Positions 9,369 to 20,039 of a stretch of 64,000 nt of DNA are shown here, one piece after another (position 1 is the stretch's first letter; each line of letters begins with the position of its first letter). The stretch lies in contig CAZVRU010000002.1 in NCBI GenBank assembly GCA_964629785.1, forward strand, positions 34,861-98,860, in the 5' to 3' direction. Made by a program: the position numbers and the translations under genes. The notes below the pieces were generated by a model that saw only the letters and a list, made by a program, of their open reading frames with translations, did not search any database and was not told the DNA's origin. The stretch is from an uncultured Planctomycetia bacterium (GTDB lineage Bacteria > Omnitrophota > Gorgyraeia > Duberdicusellales > 4484-171).

Positions 9369-10941
9369 GGTTTTAGTTTCGGATAAATTAGCCCCGGAAG
9401 GAGTCCGCATCCTGGAGGAAAGCGGTTTTACTGTCGACTGTAAATACGGGTTGGAGAAAGAAGAATTAAAAAAGATCATCAAGGATTATGACGCGATAGT
9501 CATCCGCAGCGATACCAAACTCAGCGAAGACGTTCTTGAAGCGGCGGTGAATCTTAAATTCGTGGGCCGGGCCGGCGTGGGCACTGATAACGTGGACAAA
9601 AAAGCCGCTACCAAAAAAGGGATCGTGGTGATGAACGCTCCCGGCGGCAATACTGTCTCCACCTGTGAACATGCTTTTTCCATGATGCTGGCAACTGCCC
9701 GTAAGATACCTTTTGCCTATGCTTCGATGCAGAATAAAGAATGGAAACGTTCTCAGTTCAAAGGTGTGGAACTGAATGCCAAGACCCTGGGGATAGTCGG
9801 TCTGGGAAGGATCGGCAAAGAAATGGCCAAACGAGCTCTTTCTTTCAATATGGAGGTAGTAGCAGTCGACCCTTTCATCTCCCGGGAAGCAGCCGATGCT
9901 CTGGGCATAAAACTGGTAGATCTGGAACAACTGCTTAAAGTGTCGGACTTCATTACCGTCCATACTCCGCTTACCGAGGAGACCAGAGGAATGATCGGTG
10001 CCGGGCAACTGGCGATGATGAAAAAAAATGCTTTTATCATCAATTGCGCCCGCGGCGGAATCGTCGACGAGGCCGCCCTGGTCCAGGCCCTGAAAGACAG
10101 GAAGATAGCCGGCGCAGCCCTGGATGTGTTCGAAAACGAACCGCCTTTTGACTCGGAATTGATGGGGCTGGATAATCTGGTGATGACCCCGCATCTGGGC
10201 GCTTCCACAGAAGAGGCCCAGGTCAATGTGGCCGTGGAAATAGCTTATTGTATACGTGACGCTTTGCAGGGCCGGGCGATCAGGAATGCCGTGAATTACA
10301 TCCAGCTCGATCCCGAAGCCTATCGCATTCTGAAGCCGTTCATGGAACTGGCTGAACTGATGGGCAAGTTTATTTCCCAGCTTCTTGACGGAAGGCCCGA
10401 AGCGCTTACCCTAAGCTATATCGGCGAGATCGCCGCACAGAAGGTCGATCCTTTGAGCCTGTCCTTTGCCAAGGGATTTCTTTCTCATGTTCTGGAAGAG
10501 GATGTCAATCTGGTCAATGCTCTGGCCATTGCCAAAGAGCGGGGGATCAAGGTAGAACAGAGCAAACTTCCGGAAGAACTTGAATATGTAAATCTGATCA
10601 GGGCCAGGATCAAGACCGATAAGGCCGAGCGGGTTATCGAAGGAACTCTTTTTGCCAACCGTAAGCCGCGTTTTGTCAAACTGGATGATTTTTATATCGA
10701 GATCAATCCGTCCCCGGTCATGGTGGTGCTTACCAACTGGGACAAGCCCGGTGTAGTCGGCAGTATGGGGACGATCCTGGGGGCGCACAAGATCAATATC
10801 GCCGGGATGAGCCTGGGCCGCCAGGCTCCCGAAGGAGTGGCCGTTACTGTACTCAACATCGATACGGTCCCCGACGATGAAGTGGTTAAAGAAATTTTGG
10901 CCAACAACAACGTCATTTCCTTTAAACGGATCAAACTTTAA
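9361..10941 (+). CDS. serA: D-3-phosphoglycerate dehydrogenase with C-terminal ACT domain
   Basis: It has the 2-hydroxyacid dehydrogenase NAD-binding motif 'GIVGLGRIGKEMAKRA' and the catalytic 'CARGGIVDE'. The C-terminal ASB/ACT region brings it to 526 aa. Confidence 0.9.
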   Translation: MHKVLVSDKLAPEGVRILEESGFTVDCKYGLEKEELKKIIKDYDAIVIRSDTKLSEDVLEAAVNLKFVGRAGVGTDNVDKKAATKKGIVVMNAPGGNTVSTCEHAFSMMLATARKIPFAYASMQNKEWKRSQFKGVELNAKTLGIVGLGRIGKEMAKRALSFNMEVVAVDPFISREAADALGIKLVDLEQLLKVSDFITVHTPLTEETRGMIGAGQLAMMKKNAFIINCARGGIVDEAALVQALKDRKIAGAALDVFENEPPFDSELMGLDNLVMTPHLGASTEEAQVNVAVEIAYCIRDALQGRAIRNAVNYIQLDPEAYRILKPFMELAELMGKFISQLLDGRPEALTLSYIGEIAAQKVDPLSLSFAKGFLSHVLEEDVNLVNALAIAKERGIKVEQSKLPEELEYVNLIRARIKTDKAERVIEGTLFANRKPRFVKLDDFYIEINPSPVMVVLTNWDKPGVVGSMGTILGAHKINIAGMSLGRQAPEGVAVTVLNIDTVPDDEVVKEILANNNVISFKRIKL

Positions 10942-10949
10942 GGAAAGGG

Positions 10950-12710
10950 ATGATAATGAAAAGATTTTTTTTCCTGGGCCTGGTCTGTTTTTGTTTGAAC
11001 GGCACGGTCTGGGCCGACGAACTGGTCATTGCCTATACCGGCAATACTTATTCCTCGCTGTTCGATTGCGGTCATTGTCCGGCCAGCGTGGGGGGCAGCC
11101 TGGCCAGACGGGCCACGTTGCTTGACCAGTTGCGGGAAAAAAATGATTTTTTCGCGCTGGTCGATGCCGGTAATTTTACTGCCGGCGGCATTCTTGACGA
11201 GTTCAGTGTCAGTCAGGAACTTGACCAGAAACGCAGCGAACTTTATCTGTCGGTCATGGGAAAGATCGGCTATGACGTCCTCTGTCTGGGTGACGAGGAT
11301 TTGAACTTCGGTCAGAAATTTATCCAGAAAGCAGTGACTGACAACAGGCTGAACCTTCTCTCGGCCAATATCAAGATCAAAAAGACCGGGGATTACCTGA
11401 TAAAAAAATACGGCACTGCCCGGGTGGCGTTTATCGGGCTGACCAATCCGGTGGTCGCCAGGCGTCTGGGCGCAAAAAGCAGTGATTATGTCAGGGCACT
11501 TTCCCGGATCCTCTCTACTTTAAAGAAAAAAGCCGATATTTTGGTGCTTTTATCCAATCTGGGCGAAACCGCCAACAAAGACGTAGCCGGCCGTTTTCCG
11601 GAAATAAACCTGATCATCGCTTCCGGCAATATGACCACGGCAGCTGCCTACGAGACAGTGGGCCAGACAGTGCTTTGCCGGGCAGCTTACCAGGGTAAAG
11701 AAGTACGCCTTATACGCCTGACTGTCGATAAGGGCAAGGTGGTCGACTGGACTTTTGACCAGCAGCCGCTGAGCACTGACATCGCCGAAGACGATTCGGT
11801 CAAAGCTATGCTGCCCGATTGTTTTTCCGATAATGACTGCCGGACAGCAGAAAAAGGGCAGGGCCATTGTCTTAAGCCGGGCAGTAAAAACGCGGTCTGT
11901 CAGTACCCGGAAATAGATCCGGTAAATGTATGGGTAATCACTGATAAAAGCTGTACATCCTGCGCCACCGGTTATACCGAAGATTTTCTGGTCAATACCA
12001 TCCCCGGTGTCCGGTTCACGACTGTTGATTTTCGCGACGACCAGGGCGCAGCCCTGATCCGAAAATACGATCTGAAGACTCTCCCGGCATTTATCGTCGC
12101 TTTGGAAAAAAACGCGGAGGTTATTTTGTCCCGGCACGGGTCCTTTATGGAACGTCGCGATGACGTCGCTTTGATAAATAAAGAAATGAGCGGTATTTTC
12201 ATGTACCTGGACCGGCCGCTGCTGCCTAAACGGCTTGATCTGTTCGTCGATCCGGCTGTCCCGGAATTTGCCGATATGGTGACGGCCCTGGACACGCTTC
12301 GCCGGGAAAAAGAGATCGCCGTGCAGATCCATTTTCTGGAGACGGCTGAGGGCAGTCAGATAACAGCGCCTACTGCCCTGGAAGAAGAAGCAGACCGTCT
12401 GCGGGCCGTAGAAATGAAGTATCCGGATAAATTCTGGCCCTACCTGACCAGAAGGGTCTCCCGGCTCAGCGACAGCTGGTGGATATCTTCTTTCGAAGAA
12501 CTGGCTATCGACCATCAGACGATCAAAGCCTGTCTGCAAGGCAATGAGTTTGCCGCACGGCTTAAGGCAGAAGAAGATCTGAGAGAATCGCTGAGCATAA
12601 GTCACGGCCCGGCGATCCTTATCGACAATAAAATGATCTTTCAAATTATTACGATCGACGCCCAGGGATTACTGGCATTGATCGAGTACGCGTCATCACT
12701 GCCTCGCTGA
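10950..12710 (+). CDS. Secreted hypothetical protein with a degenerate calcineurin-like phosphoesterase region, a Cys-rich module and a C-terminal thioredoxin-like domain
   Basis: It has a signal peptide 'MIMKRFFFLGLVCFCLNGTVWA' and a 'CGHC' motif near the N-terminus. 'VDAGNFTAGG' and 'LGDEDLNFG' resemble metallophosphatase motifs but with altered catalytic residues. A C-terminal 'CTSC' and 'TLPAFIV' suggest a thioredoxin-like fold. Confidence 0.5.
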   Translation: MIMKRFFFLGLVCFCLNGTVWADELVIAYTGNTYSSLFDCGHCPASVGGSLARRATLLDQLREKNDFFALVDAGNFTAGGILDEFSVSQELDQKRSELYLSVMGKIGYDVLCLGDEDLNFGQKFIQKAVTDNRLNLLSANIKIKKTGDYLIKKYGTARVAFIGLTNPVVARRLGAKSSDYVRALSRILSTLKKKADILVLLSNLGETANKDVAGRFPEINLIIASGNMTTAAAYETVGQTVLCRAAYQGKEVRLIRLTVDKGKVVDWTFDQQPLSTDIAEDDSVKAMLPDCFSDNDCRTAEKGQGHCLKPGSKNAVCQYPEIDPVNVWVITDKSCTSCATGYTEDFLVNTIPGVRFTTVDFRDDQGAALIRKYDLKTLPAFIVALEKNAEVILSRHGSFMERRDDVALINKEMSGIFMYLDRPLLPKRLDLFVDPAVPEFADMVTALDTLRREKEIAVQIHFLETAEGSQITAPTALEEEADRLRAVEMKYPDKFWPYLTRRVSRLSDSWWISSFEELAIDHQTIKACLQGNEFAARLKAEEDLRESLSISHGPAILIDNKMIFQIITIDAQGLLALIEYASSLPR

Positions 12711-12741
12711 TAAACGGCGGTGACAAGAAGGAGGAATACTG

Positions 12742-13971
12742 ATGGCCAAAATATTTCTTATTGATGTGACCAACCGGGACGGGGTCCAGACTTCCCGGAT
12801 CTGTCTTTCCAAATTGCAGAAGACCATGCTCAACATATACCTGGACAAGTTCGGCATATTTCAGAGCGAATTCGGTTTTCCGGTCACCCGTCACGAGATA
12901 AATTATCTCAAAGCCAATCTTAAACTGAAAGAAAGAAAGGTGATCAAGAGGATCAGATTGTCGGGATGGGTCCGGGCTATCAAAGAAGATGTCGTCCTGG
13001 CAGTCAAGAATGTCCCCGGTCTCGAACATCTCAATATTTCCATTTCCACCTCAGACCAGATGATCAGAGGGAAGTTCATGGGTAAACTCGATCACGCGGC
13101 TATTATAAAAAATATGGTTACGGCGGTCAAAGAAGGGAAAAAGCGCGGCCTGAAAAGCATCGGGGTCAATGCCGAAGACGCTTCCCGGGCCGATCTTGAT
13201 TATCTGGTCGAATTCGTTGCCGCAGCCAAAGCTGCCGGTGCCGACCGTTTTCGTTACTGTGACACGCTCGGCCATGACACGCCGTTTTCCATTTACGACC
13301 GGATCTCCCATATCGCCCGGTCAGTCGACATACCGATCGAACTGCACGGCCATAATGATCTCGGCCTTGCCGTAGCCACGGCTATTGCCGGGGCCAAAGC
13401 GGCCATCGATGGAGGAAGAGACGCCTACATAAATACCTGTGTAAACGGCATGGGCGAACGGGCCGGCAATACTGATCTGGTCAGTGTGGTCCTGGCCCTG
13501 CGTTACGGCGCCGGTTTCGATAAATATAAGCTCGACGAAAAAATAGATCTTACCGTGGCCTGGCATATGTGCAAATACGCTTCCTATGCTTTCGGCATAC
13601 CTCTGCCGATCAATCAGCCGGGGATAGGGGCCAATGCCTTTGCTCATGAGTCCGGGATCCACGCCGACGGGGCGCTCAAGGACAGAAAAAATTATGAACT
13701 TTATGATTTTGCCGAATTGGGCCGGGGCGAGGTCGAAGTCATCGATACCGGACGTAAAATAACGGTTGGCGAATATTCGGGGATAAAAGGTTTTCGCAAT
13801 GTCTATGAAAAACTTCAGATAAGGTTCAAGAGTGATGCTGAGGCGCGGGAGGTACTGGAGCTGGCCCGTTATGCCAACGTGCATAACCAGAAACCGCTGA
13901 CCGAAGAAGAGCTGGCGTTTATCGCCCGCTATCCTGAGATCTCCCGGGATATTTTTACCATGATGCCGTAA
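12742..13971 (+). CDS. HMGL-like pyruvate carboxyltransferase (2-isopropylmalate/citramalate/homocitrate synthase family)
   Basis: It matches the family at 'IDVTNRDGVQT' and 'ELHGHNDLGLAVATAIAGAKAA'. It lacks the long LeuA C-terminal regulatory domain. Confidence 0.75.
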   Translation: MAKIFLIDVTNRDGVQTSRICLSKLQKTMLNIYLDKFGIFQSEFGFPVTRHEINYLKANLKLKERKVIKRIRLSGWVRAIKEDVVLAVKNVPGLEHLNISISTSDQMIRGKFMGKLDHAAIIKNMVTAVKEGKKRGLKSIGVNAEDASRADLDYLVEFVAAAKAAGADRFRYCDTLGHDTPFSIYDRISHIARSVDIPIELHGHNDLGLAVATAIAGAKAAIDGGRDAYINTCVNGMGERAGNTDLVSVVLALRYGAGFDKYKLDEKIDLTVAWHMCKYASYAFGIPLPINQPGIGANAFAHESGIHADGALKDRKNYELYDFAELGRGEVEVIDTGRKITVGEYSGIKGFRNVYEKLQIRFKSDAEAREVLELARYANVHNQKPLTEEELAFIARYPEISRDIFTMMP

Positions 13972-14017
13972 AAAATGCCGGGGCAGGAGTCGATAAAAAT
14001 ATCGTTTTACAGCGTAA

Positions 14018-15304
<1,287 letters not shown>

Positions 15305-15305
15305 T

Positions 15306-17354
15306 ATGCACTATCTGGTATTTGCCTTTGGCACTGCCCTGGCCGCATTGATCTTCTGCTGGTTCATAAAACAATGGATTTTCCGGAGAAGCGAAGGGAA
15401 CGACGCGATGCTGGCCATTGCCGGTTATATTAAGGAAGGGGCCCGGGGATATCTTAAACAGCAGTATAAAATCGTTTGTATCTTTTTTGCCGTCGTATTT
15501 CTGCTGATGCTGGCCATTGGTTTGAAAATAGTGGCTGTAGGATTTCTGGCCGGCGGCGTCTGCTCGGCGCTTTGCGGATGGATCGGTATGTTTATTTCCA
15601 CTCATTCCGGCAGTCGTACTGCCTTTGCCGCCAGTAACAGTCTTAATAACGGATTGCGGGTCGCTTTTTCCGCCGGAACGGTAATGGGGCTTTCGGTGGT
15701 CGGTTTTGCTCTACTGTTTTTAACGCTTTCTTATGTTATCCTGAACCGTATTTACGGGGGAGATCTGGCCCAGATAACGGCGACGATGCTGTCTTTCGGC
15801 ATGGGCGCTTCCAGCTATGCCTTGTTCGCCCGTGTGGGCGGTGGTATTTATACCAAGGCAGCTGATGTCGGTGCTGACCTGGTGGGGAAAGTGGAAGCCG
15901 GTATACCCGAAGACGATCCCCGTAACCCGGCGGTTATCGCCGATCAGGTAGGCGATAATGTGGGTGATGTAGCCGGTATGGGTGCTGATCTTTACGAATC
16001 TTACGTGGATTCTCTTCTGGCGGCAATGGCTCTGGCCGTATCTGCCGGTCTGGGGTCCAGAGGCGTGTTCCTGCCTCTGATGCTCGGTGCCTGCGGTGTG
16101 ATCGCTTCGATCATCGGTTATTTTTTCGTCCGTACCAGCCAGGAAACTCAGCGGGCTTTGCTGATGGCTTTGCGGAGGGGACTGTTTGTGGCTGCGGGTC
16201 TGATAGTAGGCCTGGCCTTTGTCTGTATCCGGCATATTTTTTTCCTGCCCCTGGGCATTTTCTGGTCGATCATCTGCGGTCTTGCCGCTGGTGTGCTCAT
16301 GGGTATCGTTACCGAATATTTTACCTCGGCGTCGTTTTCGCCGGTGCAGACGCTTTCCCGGTCCAGCCTGAGCGGGCCGGCACCGATCATTATCGGAGGT
16401 ATTTCTCTGGGGATGATGTCCACGGTCATACCGGTCCTTCTGGTCTGTGCTGCGATATTCCTGAGTTTTTATTTTGCCGGAGGCACGAGCAATTATTCGC
16501 TGGGCCTCTACGGCATCGGTATAGCCAGCGTGGGTCTTCTTTCCACTTTAGGTACTACCCTGGCCTCGGATGCTTACGGCCCGGTGGCCGATAATGCCGG
16601 AGGCATTGCCGAGATGTCCGGTCTGGAAAAGACTGTCCGGGAAAAGACCGACCAGCTCGATGCTCTGGGCAATACCACTGCCGCTACCGGAAAGGGTTTT
16701 GCCATCGGCAGCGCGGCGCTTACTACCCTGGCCCTTATCGTCGCCTTTAAGGAAAAAGTCGAATTCAGCGGGGCAACGATAACTCTTTCTCTGCTTAACG
16801 TGAAATTACTTATCGGTCTTCTTATCGGCGGTATGTTGCCATTTGCCTTCTGTTCGCTGACTATCAGTGCCGTAGGGACCGCGGCTCAGTTTATCGTGGA
16901 AGAAGTACGACGCCAGTTCCGGGATATAAAAGGATTGCTTGAAGGAAGCGGCAAGGCCGAGTATACTACCTGTGTAAAGATCACTACTCAGGCCGCTCAG
17001 AAAAAAATGATCGCTCCGGCTTTACTGGCGATCATCGCTCCGGTAGCCGTAGGCCTTCTTTTCGGGGTGGAAGCAGTGGCCGGTCTTCTTATCGGCGCTC
17101 TGGTATCGGGGTTTGTCCTGGCTGTGTTCATGGCCAATTCCGGCGGGGCCTGGGACAATGCCAAAAAGTTCATTGAAGAGGGCAATTTCGGAGGAAAAGG
17201 TTCGGCCGCTCATAAAGCGGCAGTGGTCGGCGATACTATCGGAGATCCCTTTAAGGATACTGCCGGTCCTTCGCTCAATATATTGCTTAAACTGATGTCC
17301 ATGGTCGCTATCGTGTTCAGCCGGTTTATGATCGCCCATACCTTATTTAAATAA
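15306..17354 (+). CDS. hppA: Membrane-bound proton-translocating pyrophosphatase (V-PPase)
   Basis: It carries the signature 'GDNVGDVAGMGADLYESY' and many TM helices. The start 'MHYLVFAF' was chosen because it abuts the purA stop. Confidence 0.9.
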   Translation: MHYLVFAFGTALAALIFCWFIKQWIFRRSEGNDAMLAIAGYIKEGARGYLKQQYKIVCIFFAVVFLLMLAIGLKIVAVGFLAGGVCSALCGWIGMFISTHSGSRTAFAASNSLNNGLRVAFSAGTVMGLSVVGFALLFLTLSYVILNRIYGGDLAQITATMLSFGMGASSYALFARVGGGIYTKAADVGADLVGKVEAGIPEDDPRNPAVIADQVGDNVGDVAGMGADLYESYVDSLLAAMALAVSAGLGSRGVFLPLMLGACGVIASIIGYFFVRTSQETQRALLMALRRGLFVAAGLIVGLAFVCIRHIFFLPLGIFWSIICGLAAGVLMGIVTEYFTSASFSPVQTLSRSSLSGPAPIIIGGISLGMMSTVIPVLLVCAAIFLSFYFAGGTSNYSLGLYGIGIASVGLLSTLGTTLASDAYGPVADNAGGIAEMSGLEKTVREKTDQLDALGNTTAATGKGFAIGSAALTTLALIVAFKEKVEFSGATITLSLLNVKLLIGLLIGGMLPFAFCSLTISAVGTAAQFIVEEVRRQFRDIKGLLEGSGKAEYTTCVKITTQAAQKKMIAPALLAIIAPVAVGLLFGVEAVAGLLIGALVSGFVLAVFMANSGGAWDNAKKFIEEGNFGGKGSAAHKAAVVGDTIGDPFKDTAGPSLNILLKLMSMVAIVFSRFMIAHTLFK

Positions 17355-17418
17355 AGGTGAATGGGTTGACTTTATAGAGGGCCTGTGATATTCTAAAAAA
17401 AATTCAAACCAAGGGAGG

Positions 17419-18060
17419 ATGGTTATGAAAAAAATGAAGACTCCCCTTATTCTGCTGGCGGTAGTTTTCTTCATCAGTGGCTGTTCGGTTATTCTGCAAA
17501 AAGGAAGGCGTTCGGATATCGAACGTATCCAGACGCTGGAAGACGAACTTGCTCAGCTTCGCAACACCCAGACCCTGCTTGAACAGCGGTTGTCCCAGGA
17601 AATAGCGGACAAACAGGTCCGTCTGTCGATGCAGGAAAAAGGTCTGGTAGTGACCTTTGTCGCCGAGATTTTGTTCGATTCCGGGAAAGCCAAACTCAAG
17701 GAAAACAGCATCGATGTACTGGGAAAAGTGGCGCGCGTGCTCAGGGAAGAAGTGCCCGGCAACACTGTCGGCATCGAAGGACATACTGACGATCAGCCGA
17801 TAAAATATTCCCCCTGGAAATCCAACTGGGAATTGTCGGCTCAGCGGGCCTTGAGCGTTCTCCATTTTCTGGAAGAGCAGGGGGTGGGTTCGAAACGTCT
17901 TTTCGCGAGCGGTTACGGCGAGTTCAGCCCGGTGGCTTCCAATGAGAGCGAAGAAGGTAAAAGCCTGAACCGGCGGGTCGAGATCGTTATCGTACCGATG
18001 AAGGTACAGAAGACCAGGTCCGGTCAGATAGGCGAAGAGGTCGAGGGGGAACTGAAATGA
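17419..18060 (+). CDS. OmpA/MotB-family lipoprotein (Pal-like) with N-terminal coiled coil
   Basis: It has a lipobox 'FFISGCS'. The OmpA C-like domain includes 'GHTDDQPI' and 'NRRVEIVIV'. Confidence 0.8.
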   Translation: MVMKKMKTPLILLAVVFFISGCSVILQKGRRSDIERIQTLEDELAQLRNTQTLLEQRLSQEIADKQVRLSMQEKGLVVTFVAEILFDSGKAKLKENSIDVLGKVARVLREEVPGNTVGIEGHTDDQPIKYSPWKSNWELSAQRALSVLHFLEEQGVGSKRLFASGYGEFSPVASNESEEGKSLNRRVEIVIVPMKVQKTRSGQIGEEVEGELK

Positions 18061-18413
18061 GCAACCAGCCTTTGACTTTAAGCATTCTGCTGGGAATAAT
18101 CCTTTTGCTGATAATCGGCGGTGTTTCGCTTTCGGTTAAGTTAAGCAATTCTTCCAAAGAAGGCGCTGTCTGCCTGAGCGAACGTATGGAATTGTTGAAA
18201 ATAAAGCAGCAACTGGAACAGGAAAACGAGTCGCTGACAGCGGAAAATCTTGATCTGGAAAAAAGACTGAACGAAATACAGTCTTTGCGTGATTCGGTTG
18301 TTACGGAAAAAGAACAGTGCGCGCTCGAGCTGCAGCGGACGATCAAGATAAAAGAAGCACTTGAGGAACGGTTAAAAGACGAATTGCTTAAAGAAGACTC
18401 ATCCCGCCGTTAA
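18057..18413 (+). CDS. Hypothetical bitopic coiled-coil membrane protein (FtsB/DivIC-like topology)
   Basis: It has an N-terminal TM helix followed by a leucine-heptad coiled coil. It is translationally coupled to the upstream lipoprotein gene. Confidence 0.45.
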   Translation: MSNQPLTLSILLGIILLLIIGGVSLSVKLSNSSKEGAVCLSERMELLKIKQQLEQENESLTAENLDLEKRLNEIQSLRDSVVTEKEQCALELQRTIKIKEALEERLKDELLKEDSSRR

Positions 18414-18510
18414 CCGTTTGCCAACGGAAAGAAAGTACGATAAAAGGGGGCTCTGGAGTCCCCTTTTATATTTTACCCCCGGTCGGAAAAACGGGCCGGA
18501 AAAGATAATT

Positions 18511-19245
18511 ATGAATATTCCCCGTCACATCGCAGTGATCATGGATGGCAACGGCCGCTGGGCCGAAAAGCAGGGGCTGCCCCGCAGTTTCGGGCACAAA
18601 CGGGGCGCCGAGCGGGTTGATGAGATAATCAGAAAAGCCAGTCAGCTGGGGGTAAGAGCTCTTACCCTGTTTGCTTTTTCCACGGAAAACTGGTCGCGGC
18701 CCCGCGCCGAGATCGAGATGCTGTTTCGTCTTCTGGGTGATATGCTGAGAAAAAAAAGACGGCTGCTGGAGGAAAAGAACATCCGTATTCGTTTTATAGG
18801 CCGGCGGGACCGGTTTTCTCCTGCGGTACTGAAAGTGATCCGGGAGGCCGAAGAGATGCCGGCGGATAAAGAGAGTTTCCTGGTCTTTATAGCCCTTGAT
18901 TACGGAGGCCGCGACGATATCCTGCGGGCTGCCCGGGCCTGGGGCAGAGAAGTCGTCTCCGGCAGCAGGGTCCCCGAAGATCTGGATGAAAAGACATTTG
19001 CTGCCTATCTTGACCTGGCCGATGTTCCCGAGCCCGATCTTTTGATCAGGACCTCGGGCGAACAGCGCATCAGCAATTTTCTGCTCTGGCAGCTTGCCTA
19101 CAGCGAGTTTTATTTTACGTCCTGCCTCTGGCCTGATTTTGACAGCGAACAACTGGACAGGGCTATTTCCGAATATACCGGCCGCCAGCGCCGCTTCGGC
19201 GCGATCAGCAAAAATCCGGAAAAAGCGGATAAGGAGAGGGGATGA
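18511..19245 (+). CDS. uppS: Undecaprenyl diphosphate synthase (isoprenyl transferase)
   Basis: The motif 'HIAVIMDGNGRWA' places the start at the internal ATG 'MNIPRH'. Confidence 0.9.
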   Translation: MNIPRHIAVIMDGNGRWAEKQGLPRSFGHKRGAERVDEIIRKASQLGVRALTLFAFSTENWSRPRAEIEMLFRLLGDMLRKKRRLLEEKNIRIRFIGRRDRFSPAVLKVIREAEEMPADKESFLVFIALDYGGRDDILRAARAWGREVVSGSRVPEDLDEKTFAAYLDLADVPEPDLLIRTSGEQRISNFLLWQLAYSEFYFTSCLWPDFDSEQLDRAISEYTGRQRRFGAISKNPEKADKERG

Positions 19246-20039
19246 TGAGACAAAGGATACAGACGTCTTTATTTTTGATCTTTCTGGTCGTTTTTTCCCT
19301 TAAATCATATATTCTGTTCGGTATAGTCATAAGTATTTTTACCGGGTTCAGCCTGCTGGAATTTTTCAATATGGTCGAAAAAAAAGGGGTCAGGCTGTTC
19401 AAGATTTTCGGCCTTCTGGTCGGAGTATTGATACCGGTATCGATTTTTTTCAAATTTCCGGTCAAGGAGGGATGGCAGTTCCTTTTTGTCATTCTGGGGT
19501 TGTTTTTTTTATTCCTGCTGGAACTTACCAAAAAAGAGAGATTCCAACCGGTACTTTCTCTTTCGGCTACGGTATTCGGGATCCTGTATATTTCCTGGTG
19601 CTTCAGTTTTCTGGTCAGGATCAGGCAGTTGGAAAGCGGAGTGGGAATGATTATTTTCCTGATTTTGATCACCAAAGCTTCGGATATCGGAGCTTATCTC
19701 TTCGGTTCCCGTTACGGCAAAATACCTCTGGTCCGCCGGGTAAGTCCCCAGAAAACGCTGGAAGGCGCTCTGGGCGGTTTTATATTCAGCCTGGCCGCCG
19801 GCCTGATCTTCATGGCCGTGAGCGGCAGCTTATCCCATTTCTGGGAAAAAATATTTCTTATTTCGGTATTGGCCATTCTCGGACAACTGGGTGATCTGTT
19901 CGAATCTTTGATCAAAAGAGATTGCGAGATAAAAGACTCGGGCGGCGTTTTTCCGGGGATGGGCGGTTTTCTCGACGTGGTCGACAGCCTGATCTTCACG
20001 GCCCCGACATTTTATCTTTACGTGACTATGGTGCAATGA
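19242..20039 (+). CDS. cdsA: Phosphatidate cytidylyltransferase
   Basis: The C-terminal signature reads 'GDLFESLIKRDCEIKDSGGVFPGMGGFLD'. There is a 4-nt overlap with uppS. Confidence 0.9.
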   Translation: MMRQRIQTSLFLIFLVVFSLKSYILFGIVISIFTGFSLLEFFNMVEKKGVRLFKIFGLLVGVLIPVSIFFKFPVKEGWQFLFVILGLFFLFLLELTKKERFQPVLSLSATVFGILYISWCFSFLVRIRQLESGVGMIIFLILITKASDIGAYLFGSRYGKIPLVRRVSPQKTLEGALGGFIFSLAAGLIFMAVSGSLSHFWEKIFLISVLAILGQLGDLFESLIKRDCEIKDSGGVFPGMGGFLDVVDSLIFTAPTFYLYVTMVQ

